From Eledone cirrhosa (Eukaryota), in assembly GCA_964016885.1 (NCBI GenBank), contig OZ024742.1, positions 269,576,001-269,640,000 of the forward strand: a stretch of 64,000 nt of DNA, given 5' to 3'. Below are positions 54,232-64,000 of this stretch, piece by piece. Made by a program: the position numbers and the translations under genes. Under the pieces are notes generated by a model. It saw only the letters and a list, made by a program, of their open reading frames with translations, had not been told where the DNA came from and did no database searches. Positions within the stretch are counted from its first letter, which is position 1; every line of letters begins with the position of its first letter.

Positions 54232-55505
54232 CACTGGTCAACAAAAAAATGTTTTTTATGGTTCTGGTATGATCTGGTCTGAGTTATGGGTAATCAAAGG
54301 TGCGGAATCAGAATATGACAACGGTCAATCCGTAACGGGTCTAGTGTTCGAGAACCAAATTAACAGGTTTTGTGACTCATATTAGGTAGCACATGTTATT
54401 TTCTCTATGTTACATCCATTATATTTGCTTGTTATTAACCGATTTTTGATTTTCTTTTGTTTCATATCACACAGTTACAACTACCCAATGCTGTTATTGT
54501 AATAATTCACAATCAATGACTCTATTGGGAAAGATGGAACGCCGCAAATATGTAAATGATCCCAACCGACTTGGTTATCTTTGTGGACTCTTTACTCCAG
54601 AAAGCATTAAGAAACCTATCACCAAAGCAGTTCGATTAAACTACAAAGCTTACTTTAAAATCCCATATGGCTGAAAATTATGAAACAATGAATATTTTTC
54701 TTTCCTATATTGAGTACCAAAAGCACCAGTCGAAAATATGTGAGGGGGGGGGGGTCTCAAAGTAATTATTCTTATTCCAGGTCTTCAGACTGGTTACATA
54801 AAGTATATGTGCTTTCTGTGTTTGTGGAATAGTAGAGCAGATGCAGAACACTTCTTAAATAAGAATTGGCCAGCAAGACGAAAGAATAGCACAGGAAGGT
54901 TCAACTGCCTGTAAAAACCACTAGCAGAACCAGAAAATGTATTCCTGCCTCCATTACATCTCAAATTATGCTTGGCAAAAAATGTCATAAAAGGTATGGA
55001 TCATACAGGAAATGGGTTTCAGGACTTGTGACAGATTTGGCTGGTTTGGTATCTGAAGCAAAGTAAAAAACGGGGGTTTTGAATGGTTGTCAGATTCGCA
55101 TGCTGGTTAATGATAGTGAGTTTGCTAAAACACTAAACCCTTTCGAGTCTGCTGCATGGAAATCATTCGTTGGGAGACTACTGCTGGACACTGCAATGTG
55201 AGGACAACCCACAGAATAAGCTTAGAAGCAAAATCAGGAAAAGGTGTTAGGACTCCTTTCATTTTTCTCAATTTATGAAGTATTGTTAAAACCAATGAAG
55301 CAAAATAAATCACTAGTTAGTATATATACATACCTCACCATATGTTAAAAAAGGGATAGAAATGACTGTACGCAGAACATATTTCCCATCCAACATACAG
55401 AAATCCTGGTCCGATGGCAAAAAATTAGTGTCAAAACTAAATTCAGCACTAGAAAATTAGTAAGAAGCACATATTCATAAGAAACAATTTGGTTGTTGAC
55501 CAGTG
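54232..55505 (+). mobile_element. Internally deleted Chapaev3-type (CMC) DNA transposon
   Basis: TIRs cactggtcaacaa / ttgttgaccagtg; 3-bp TTA TSD (54229-54231, 55506-55508); remnants MERRKYVNDPNRLGYLCG, YMCFLCLWNSRA, FLPPLHLKL. Confidence 0.8.
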
Positions 55506-55569
55506 TTATCTATCTATCAATTTACTATCTGTCCATCTATCTACCTATTTCTCTATCTATCTAAATATA

Positions 55570-55957
55570 TTTGATTGCGATTGGTTTTTGCTTCCTTATA
55601 TTTCATATCCCTATAATTAATTTATAGGGCAACCAATGTTTAGCAGTGATTGGCCAACAATTAAAAATACAGTTATAAATATATATATATATATACATAT
55701 GTAGTCTATCAAATGTCTTTCATCATACCTCTGCGACAGCATGAGTGGTGTTATTATGTTTCCTCCCGTTGTATTGTAATGTCTATTCTACAAAAAATAT
55801 AATAGACATTACATGTATAAAATATAGTGTAGCGAAAACCAATCCAAACCAACAGTGAGTGTGATTTATTATATGTTTCTGACAAAATTATAACGATACG
55901 ATCCTCCCAATTACAACGATATTTGTTTCAACACACAATTTCATATCAAAAACCTTG
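55570..55957. mobile_element. Decayed PLE terminal-repeat fragments in both orientations (19.1/62.4-kb family)
   Basis: tagtctatcaaatgtctttc...gtggtgttattatg resembles 19338-19392; 55830-55955 is the reverse complement of 19110-19230. Confidence 0.6.
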
Positions 55958-55989
55958 AAAAAGAGATTAATCACCGTCATACATATATG

Positions 55990-56068
<79 letters not shown>

Positions 56069-56205
56069 AGTATATGTTGCTTGATTACTGACATCTCAGT
56101 ATGCAGATTGGAGTACTCGACGAAGTACGCGGGCTGGTTTTTTTACCCGGAGTAATGCAAAATAATTAAGTCAAATATGTAAAATTTGGCTTCGTTTATT
56201 ATACA

Positions 56206-56674
56206 CCAGCAGTGATACCCGGCGTTGGACGGGATAAGGTATTTTGGAACGCGGGCCGTCAATCGTAGAAAAACTGCATGCCTGGACAATATGTAAAGAA
56301 AATAAACCGAATACTCTGATGGCTGGATAATCTTTAAGATTTTCGTTGATGAAGCAGGAAAAATGTAGGTTTTCCCCTAATGCGGGCCCTAGGAGTCAAG
56401 AAAATGATTTTTTTTTATGTGCATAATATGCCTTGAAATTTCGGGAAAATCGGCTAAACGTAACGCCTCAAAAAAGTCCTAAAACGCTGAAAATATGAGG
56501 TTTTTCACCTAGGTGATCAAAAAGAAAAAATATATGTGCATAACACTCCATGAAACATAAGTAATACACATGTAAAGTTTGAAAAAATCGGTTAGGTACT
56601 TCTCGAGTTTTAGGGATTCAAACTCACATACACACACACACATACATAGGCATCTTCAGTTTTATATATATAGA
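56206..56674 (-). mobile_element. Non-autonomous Helitron
   Basis: Same termini as 17645-18514: TCTATATATATAAAACTG start, hairpin cccgtccaacgccggg, CTGG end. Confidence 0.75.
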
Positions 56675-56684
56675 TTATAGATAT

Positions 56685-56739
56685 ACTGCTATATATATTT
56701 CGGTGACAGCCATCATTGGCTGTGACCTCTTCAGGCAGT
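56685..56739 (-). ncRNA. Type I hammerhead motif, canonical core
   Basis: actgc-CTGAAGA-GGTcACAGCCA-atga-TGGCTGTcACC-GAAA-TATAT-ATA/gcagt. Confidence 0.8.
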
Positions 56740-57169
56740 CCGAATAAGGCGGTGCATAGCCAAATTATATCTTATAATCCGAGGCACGATGATAGGGATA
56801 GCCCAACGGACGCCCACGACCCACTGTAGCCGGGAGGGCGACTGTAACAGCACAGGCAGAGTAGAAACCACTAAACCCCATGAGCCCAACACCACCGCAT
56901 TAGCGAAAAGGACACGTACGCCTAGCCATGGGAGGAAACCCAGTACGCGGAGCAGTCTCAGGAGTGATATTAACCACCCCAGGCCCGACGCCCAACCGCA
57001 AGACACGACGCGAGACGGATAGAAGATCATCCCATTGTAGAACTCTTAGTTTGGGCAACAACCACCCCACAGGTACGGGCCGGCAAGCTAGCATAACACA
57101 TAGCGCCCAAAGAGGAAGCAGCAATGCGGGATCCACTAGCAACCCAACAGCCCACAACGCGCTCAACCC

Positions 57170-57870
57170 ACCCAAATAGGAATAGACGTAGCAATATCAC
57201 GTGGTATAACCCACCCTACTCAGCGGCCCTAAAGAACATCCTGGCCTGGTCATTCTTTAGAGCACTAGATAAATGCTTGCCGAGGGACCATAGATATCAC
57301 AAGATCTTCAACAGACATACTGTGAAGCTCTATTATTCTACCACGCGTAACGTAGCCCAGCACATAGCTAGCATCAATAGGGATAGACTTAGGAATTACA
57401 CACAACCAGAAGCTGGCAATATAAGCACCCAGCAGAGACATGTGGAGGGAAGGAAGAGTGGACCCGCTACCCACCCAGGGAACCAAAACATACCCAGGGA
57501 CGCCCACCGGGTCCAGGAGAAGACCACCCGATAATACGCTACGGGAACCCCACATTGGGTACTCGGGGCTCGACCACCTCCTGCAACTGCACAACCCCCA
57601 CATTATGAATGCCTTAGGAAGAACTTAATATACAGAAGTAGAGTAAATACCCCCAACTCTGAGCACATTTACATAGGAGCCATATCAACGAGCTTCAAAG
57701 GCAGAGTGTATAACCATCACCATTCCTTTAATATGGAGGACAAAATGAAAAGTACGGCTCTTTCTGAACTGATCTGGAAGGTCAAGCTGGACAGGACCCC
57801 GTACTCTCTGGCCCGGTCCCAAATGTGGAAAGTACCACTTGATAGAGGTACCACCTGATGACTCGCTTTT
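57170..57870 (+). mobile_element. Decayed Naiad-like PLE thumb plus GIY-YIG fragment
   Basis: ITWYNPPYS, YHKIFNRHTVKLYYS, CNC, YIGA..SFKGRVYNHHHSF, TALSELIWK; truncated CTGATGA at 57856. Confidence 0.75.
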
Positions 57871-58229
57871 TATACCCATATACTTTGTATACCAATTCAA
57901 TAAAATCACTCGAGAATTATTGTCGTCTTCGTTTGCCTGACCTTACTTGTGCCCATCGGCACCAGGTAAGGCTGTCCTTGGAAAAATTACTTCGTTCCCT
58001 CCTCCACAGAGTATTTTAATTTGAGGTTGTTGTCCATCAAGGAAGCACCAGAGATGTCGCAGCGTCAGCGCATGTTTGCGCATCATCAGCCATGGCATGC
58101 CCAGTCCTCCACGCAACGGGTTTTGACAGCAGATGGGTCATCTGACAATGGGAGCGCGTCCCTTCCACAAAAAGCGGAAGAGGAGGCGCTCCATTTTGGT
58201 GAGAGTTGGGCTGGAGCAAGGGACGACGG

Positions 58230-59420
58230 TAAGGCGGTAGCAGATGATGGATGCGATGTACGCATTCGCCATCTCCGCCCGGCCTTTCAGGGACAGCTTC
58301 CTCTCAGCCTATTTCTGCGTGAGGGAGGCCACCCTGCTCGTCACCTCGTACCAGTTTTTCTCCATCTGGAGGTCCAGTCCGAACCAGACCATGAGCAATT
58401 TAACCGGTCCGTCCGTCCAACGCACCACGACGCTGTCGGACGGCATGGACTTGCCTTTCCAGGTGCCTAGCTGCAAGCCCACCGACTTTTCCTGGTTTAT
58501 CTTTGCTCCTGTCACCGCTTCGTATTCATTGAGAGCGGTGTCGAGCATCTGGACGTGTGTGGTGCTCGACACCACCACGGTGACGTCGTCAACGTATGCC
58601 GACTCGGATTTCCCGCATCCTAGTTCGCGTGGGACGCCCCTCATCACCCCCAGTTGTGCAGTAATGGCTCGAGAGCCAATACGTACAAGAGGGACGAGAG
58701 GGGACAACCCTGGCGGACTGAGAACATGATGCTGAACGGCTGCGACAGGTGACCGTTCACCCTCACAACTGAGCTGATGTCGGTGTACATTGCTGCGATC
58801 CAACCCCTGAAAACGGGCCCGAAACCGGCTGCCTCGAGGACCGACGCCAGGTACCTATGGTAGACCCTAGCGAATGCTTACGATTGATCAAAGTTGATCA
58901 GGGCCCCACCCTTGCCAGGTTCCTTAACCACCCTCTCTATGATGTATCGCATGAGGTGGAGGTTGTCGTGTATGGATCTGTCAGGAATGGCGCGTGTCTG
59001 CGCCTCTCCCACCAGACCCTTGACGACAAGCGCCAACCTCGTTGCTAACACCTTGGTCAAAATCTTGAACTCTGCGTTTAGCAGGGTTATGGGCCTGAAA
59101 TTATCGATAACATCCCCCTTGATCGGGTCTTTTCTCAGCAGCACCACTGCTCTCCGGCTCACAAAACTGTGAATGCTCCCGTTCTGCTGTCAGTGCAGTA
59201 GACGTCTGCCAAGAGGTCACCGAACAAGTCTGGCATAAATGCATAAAGCTCGTAGGGCAGACCATCCAAACCTGGCGATTTACCCCTTGTGCAGTTAGCC
59301 ATCGCTTCCCGTATTTCACCGGCTGTTATTGGCTTTTCGCAACACTGTGCTGCGGTCGTCGAGAGCCGAGGCAGTCCGTCGAGGTATGCACTGAAGTCCA
59401 AGCCCCGATCCGTGCCGCTG
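58230..59420 (-). mobile_element. L1/Tx1-type LINE RT fragment
   Basis: KSPGLDGLPYELY, NFRPITLLNAEFKILTKVLATRL, LINFDQS, SAYVDDVT, GAKINQEKS. Confidence 0.9.
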
Positions 59421-59497
59421 CATGTTGGGCTTTGTTTTCAGGAAACACTTGATCCACTGCAGCCACTTTCTAGTGACACCAAAGTTGGATAATTCTC

Positions 59498-59990
59498 TCA
59501 GTAGAATCTTATGATCAACCTTGTCAAAAGCCTTGCTGAAATAAAGATAGATGACATCAGTGTTGAGCCCTCTTCCAAAGTTCTCAAAATGTTATGAAAG
59601 AGATGCAGTATCTTCGTTAGGCAATCCCTTCCATTACGGAACCCATGTTGTTCGGAGTTCAGCAGATTGTTGCTTTCGAGAAAGTGAGTTATTTGTGATC
59701 CCACCACCCCCTCAAATACCTTAATGATGTGAGTGGTGAGTGACATTGGACGGTAATTTACTGTAAGGTATTTGTTTCCCTTTTGAAAACTGGGACAACA
59801 GAGTGGGTTCTTGTATATATCCTGCATCCAGTGAGTTCCTCCACATATTAACAGGAGAGGTGCAAGTTGGTGTCGACACACCTTCAGAGTACAAGCAGGG
59901 AACACATCGGGGCCTACTGCTAAATTGTGTTTATTTTTGTTATTGACGCTAAGATATCCGGGGCACCAAACGTTATGTCCGATATAGTGT
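59498..59990 (-). mobile_element. CR1-group LINE RT fragment
   Basis: NYRPMSLTTHIIKVFE, QHGFRNGRDCLT, frameshifted KAFDKVDH. Confidence 0.8.
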
Positions 59991-61499
59991 GTTGGCGATT
60001 AACATCGCTACCGTCTATGTTAATTGGACGAAATTGTGACGCCTTTGTAACTCGGAAAAATTAAATACACAACTTCACAGTTCTAGCCGTTGTCCACACT
60101 GAGTAAATGAGTTAGACTGGGCTAACTAATCCTGAATTAAAGGAATACATTTTCTTTATTTACTGACTAATTTGTTGTCAAGGAAATGGATTCTTTGAGT
60201 TAGCTTGGAAATCTTCCCCCTTACTCTTGTAATTAGTTTTATAAGAGTTATCTCTCCTCTACTTAACTATTATTTTGGCCTATACTTTTCTAAATTAGCT
60301 GCCTTTGTTTGAACCCTCGAATAATTTTCAAAAAACAAAATAAATTCAACCACAAGAGGCTATCTTCATTTTTATTTTGTATGTAAAAGGTAAGCAGAAG
60401 TAACAAATTAACCGCCACAGTACATTGACGAAATATATCAGGTTAAAATGTTTGAAATAGCAGAAAAAAAACTCATATCGTTTAGTACACAGAAAAATAA
60501 AAAGAAGGAAGAGGGAAAATATTGTAAAAAGAAACGAAGAGAGAATGGTGTTAAACATACGTGCTTATTCAGCTTGGCGTTTTGGAGGTTTGCGAATGTC
60601 TGGATATCTTACACATTAAAGAGTTTTAAAAAGGGAAGTAATCATTGTATATGTAGGCTGAGCATGTGTTTATGCGCGCGATGTGTGTATGTATGTGTGC
60701 TTGTGTGCGTATGTTGGTGTGTGTGTGTTCTCATGTAGGCATGTTCGTATGTCTGAAGGACATGCGCTGGGCCGTGACAGACTGGCTGCAGTTAGAGTGC
60801 AGATGAGTGACTGAGCGTGTGCGCGTGAACGTACCAAGTAAGGGTATATACGTAAATGAATGTGAATTTCTACATATACATACTTACAGACGCACATATT
60901 AACAGCGTCGAGAGGCTTTGTAGACAGAAATTGGCAGCGAATATGATCGTTGCTTTTTATTTCATTAAGCGGTATGGAATTTGCTTATTTTCGGATACGA
61001 CGATATGGTGGTGCAAACGTAAAAGGCTAATCTCCACAAATATGAAGTCAATTTGTGCGTGGAGGTAGATAAACACGGGAAGTAGTGATGACGGATAAAT
61101 TTTAGAAAACATTCCACATCGACGACACTAGAGCCGCGGAATAGTCGCACGCGCAAGAAAACAAACACGCATGGACGGGAGCACTGGACTGTGTGTCGAT
61201 GGTGTGTGGGAACATGTGTACATGCGTGCGCATTAATCAGTATACGTACGATTTCATGATTATATGTGTGCAGAGTTGTATATCTGTTGGGTGGTATATA
61301 GGGATGACTTCTTACCGTGTCAACACTTATAACTGTTGCTTGTGGTTGTGATATGATTAGCAGTATCTTATCAATACTCTCAGGGCCGCGGCGTCGAGGT
61401 TCCTATCATGAGCCCATACAGATGTTGTAAGTGTGAGTATGTGGTGGGTGGATTTGGCTGTGTTTGGGTGTGAAAGCAACGATAAAGGGAGGTTATCGG

Positions 61500-62270
61500 A
61501 ACTGTGGGTTCATTGAGTTCATTCGTAAATGCAGTTTAAATGTGGAAAATATGTTCTGCTCGGTCCTGCAGCGAGTGGCTAAGGATCCGTGGGGTAAAAT
61601 ATGGCCTAAGACAGTGAGTTGTAGAGCAATGTGATTGGGGAACGGAGGGGGCGAGCGACCGAAGTATATTTACCTGGCCTTGTACACCTCAGCTTTTGGT
61701 AGTTCAGTCCAACACACGGCGGCCCGTTTCTCTGATATAAATGGAATTGAAAAAACCGTAGGGCATAGGCGACGTTGGTGGAAGTGCAAGAGAACGAGTG
61801 GCGAATGCCAAAGAATATGTCATATATGTGAGTGTGGAAAGGGTTGGTATATTGAGACAGATGTTTCAGTGGGGGCCGGAACACGTACGAGACACAGGTG
61901 GTGTCTAAAAGGAGGAAGAAACTGTGCGCAAGGTCACAGTTTGCGAGCGCGCTTAAATACAGTGATGTATTGGGTGGGAGAAAATGCCGCGGCAGAAACG
62001 AGGTTTCGTAACCAATGAAGGATTCAGTGACATAATGTTAATGTAGGGGGAAAGGAAGATTGGTGCAGCGGTTGGTGCGTGAGAAGGCTGTAGTGCAGTC
62101 AGTAACTTTGGAGCGGACAAAGGCAGATTGAATCATAGTATATCCACTTTGGATGAAGCGAGAAGCAATGCATTGAGACTTGAACTCTAAATCATAGTCA
62201 TCTTTGAGAAGACGAGGAAGACAGATGAATTGGCCGTTGATAATGCATGAGGGTTGTAGCTGTGTAGACA
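61500..62270 (-). mobile_element. Heavily decayed Neptune-like PLE thumb/GIY-YIG fragment
   Basis: FGIRHSFSCTSTNVAYAL (GIY strand); ASRFIQSGY thumb motif. Confidence 0.55.
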
Positions 62271-62326
62271 GGTAGATATGTGTGGGTGAGAGTGGCATGT
62301 GTGTATGTATTTGTGTATGGAGTTAC

Positions 62327-62364
<38 letters not shown>

Positions 62365-62522
62365 ATACTTTGGGAGGGTCATGTTGCCAATAAGAAACAC
62401 ACGCACCAGTTGCTTTCACTTCAATTTATTATATATTTATAAATTTATAAATTTACAAATCTACAAACTTATAAATTTCTGGTTGGTTGGTTGGTTCCAC
62501 AACCAGATAGTTGTTTATATAT

Positions 62523-62567
62523 AGTCATAGTCCTTTCGTCACACACTCTGTGACCTCTTCAGTGACT
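62523..62567 (-). ncRNA. Minimal type I hammerhead motif
   Basis: agtca-CTGAAGA-G-GTCACA-gagtg-TGTGAC-GAAA-GGA-CTA/tgact. Confidence 0.75.
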
Positions 62568-62927
62568 GCGGATTCCTTTCTTTGTTTCTGTGCCTTTCCT
62601 TTCTTCTGTTCTACGCCATTTTGTTTCTGTGTGTGTGTAAGAGGCAGTAAGCATAATAGAATTACAACCAAAATTAAATAGAAAATATGAGTGGAACAGC
62701 AACATCACAACTTACAATTAAGGACAAAATGAAAACACACACACATAGAACAAACAACCAACCAACAATAAATACATAAATAAATAAACAAATAGATAAA
62801 TGAACTCAAACACACACAGACACCCGGATGTGGCGCATGCGCAAACTGAGCACACAACACACACACAGAAACAAAATGGCGTAGGACAGAAGAAAGGAAA
62901 GGCACAGAAACAAAGAAAGGAATCCCC

Positions 62928-62972
62928 AGTCACTGAAGAGGTCACAGAGTGTTTGACGAAAGGACTATGACT
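62928..62972 (+). ncRNA. Minimal type I hammerhead motif (mirror of 62523)
   Basis: Same motif with one helix II mismatch. Confidence 0.7.
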
Positions 62973-63259
62973 ATATATAAACAACTATCTGGTTGTGGAA
63001 CCAACCAACCAACCAGAAATTTATAAGTTTGTAGATTTGTAAATTTATAAATTTATAAATATATAATAAATTGAAGTGAAAGCAACTGGTGCGTGTGTTT
63101 CTTATTGGCAACATGACCCTCCCAAAGTATAACAATATCGGTTTCAACACACGATTTCAGATAAAGAATCTTGCTAAACAAATTCAGAAACGAAATATAT
63201 ATATATATATATAAAATAAAATAAATAAGTCAAATGTTTAAAATTTGTCTTCGTTTATT

Positions 63260-63314
63260 ACTACTATATATATTTCGCTGACAGCCATCTTTGGCTGTGA
63301 CCTCTTCAGGCAGT
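63260..63314 (-). ncRNA. Type I hammerhead motif (family of 56685)
   Basis: actgc-CTGAAGA-GGTCACAGCCA-aaga-TGGCTGTCAGC-GAAA-TATAT-ATA/gtagt, then AATAAA. Confidence 0.7.
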
Positions 63315-63459
63315 CCGAATTAGTGTCATAGAGACGAGTACACATGTTGTTGAGGTGTTTAAATTTGTCAATACTCTGATATGCCCAGTTCCTGGCTGGG
63401 TTGTTATTTCACAGAGGAACAGGAATCATATGTATTTAAACAAACGAATTTCAGCGTCA

Positions 63460-63897
63460 AAGGACATCTTCTCCTCTCATTGGTCAGTTGTGAGAACATT
63501 CCTCCGTCAACAGTCTATAGGAATTCGTTCTGAGGCAAGGCAATCTGTAGTGGTTGTTCTTATTATTATTAAGTATATCTGACCTCGACTCTTATGTTGG
63601 TAGTGGTGTTGGTGTTGGAGTCAGCTGAAAAAAATGATAAAGTGGTTGAAGGAATAAGATGGTAAAGGAACAAAATAAAATAATCAAATAAAATGTGTGT
63701 GTGTTATATCCAATCTCAATGTTAGAAAGATTTGTAAGGTCACATCTCCCATTGGTCAGCTTTGAGAGCATTCCTCAGTCAAAAGTCTATAGAAATTCTT
63801 TCTGGGGTGAGGCTCCCTGTAGTGTATGTTTTTGCTATTGTTAAGTGCATCTGACCGCTACCTTTATGTTGGTAGTGGTGTTGGTGTTGTGGTCAGC
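63460..63897. repeat. Diverged ~165-bp direct duplication (63460-63626 / 63737-63897)
   Basis: cattggtcag...agtctatag...ttatgttggtagtggtgttggtgttg occurs twice. Confidence 0.8.
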
Positions 63898-64000
63898 CTA
63901 TGTCTTGCTGCTGCTGACATTTAAAAGTATCTGTGTGTGTTTCTTCATCCATCCTGCCACCATCTCTCGTGGTAGTGGTGGTGGTGGGGGGGGGGCGTCT

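Larger units (their letters stand above)
62358..63165. mobile_element. PLE terminus as a ~280-bp-arm inverted repeat
   Basis: 62358-62636 pairs with 62857-63137. Confidence 0.9.

Noticed and set aside
58075-58095. Minus-strand CTGATGA followed by a GCGCA hairpin
   Set aside because: No GAAA follows, so it is not a hammerhead.

Overview
Eukaryotic, AT-rich, repeat-saturated DNA with no recognisable host exon. The SINE family present and the density of (TA)n/(CA)n/(GA)n microsatellites suggest an octopus-like cephalopod, but this is inferred only. Most entries in the ORF track are microsatellite artefacts. The dominant component is Penelope-like retroelements (PLEs). One is nearly complete (Neptune-type, 45.7-53.7 kb): a 400-aa coiled-coil ORF1 overlapping the RT ORF in the -1 frame, a GIY-YIG endonuclease, a direct pseudo-LTR and a 1.7-kb inverted pseudo-LTR. 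There are also at least six further PLE coding fragments of different clades and several non-coding tandem-plus-inverted units. Reading by eye shows about 20 type I hammerhead ribozyme (HHR) motifs with intact or near-intact cores, plus about 10 decayed ones, from at least 12 sequence families. Several have non-canonical cores (U3-A8 swap, U10.1-U11.1 mismatch, extra nucleotide after A9) and palindromic minimal helix III. Other content: decayed LINEs (RTE, CR1-like, L1/Tx1, R4/Dong-like), tRNA-derived SINEs with target-site duplications, Chapaev3-type DNA transposons and non-autonomous Helitrons. All family calls come from motif recognition and none was checked by database search.
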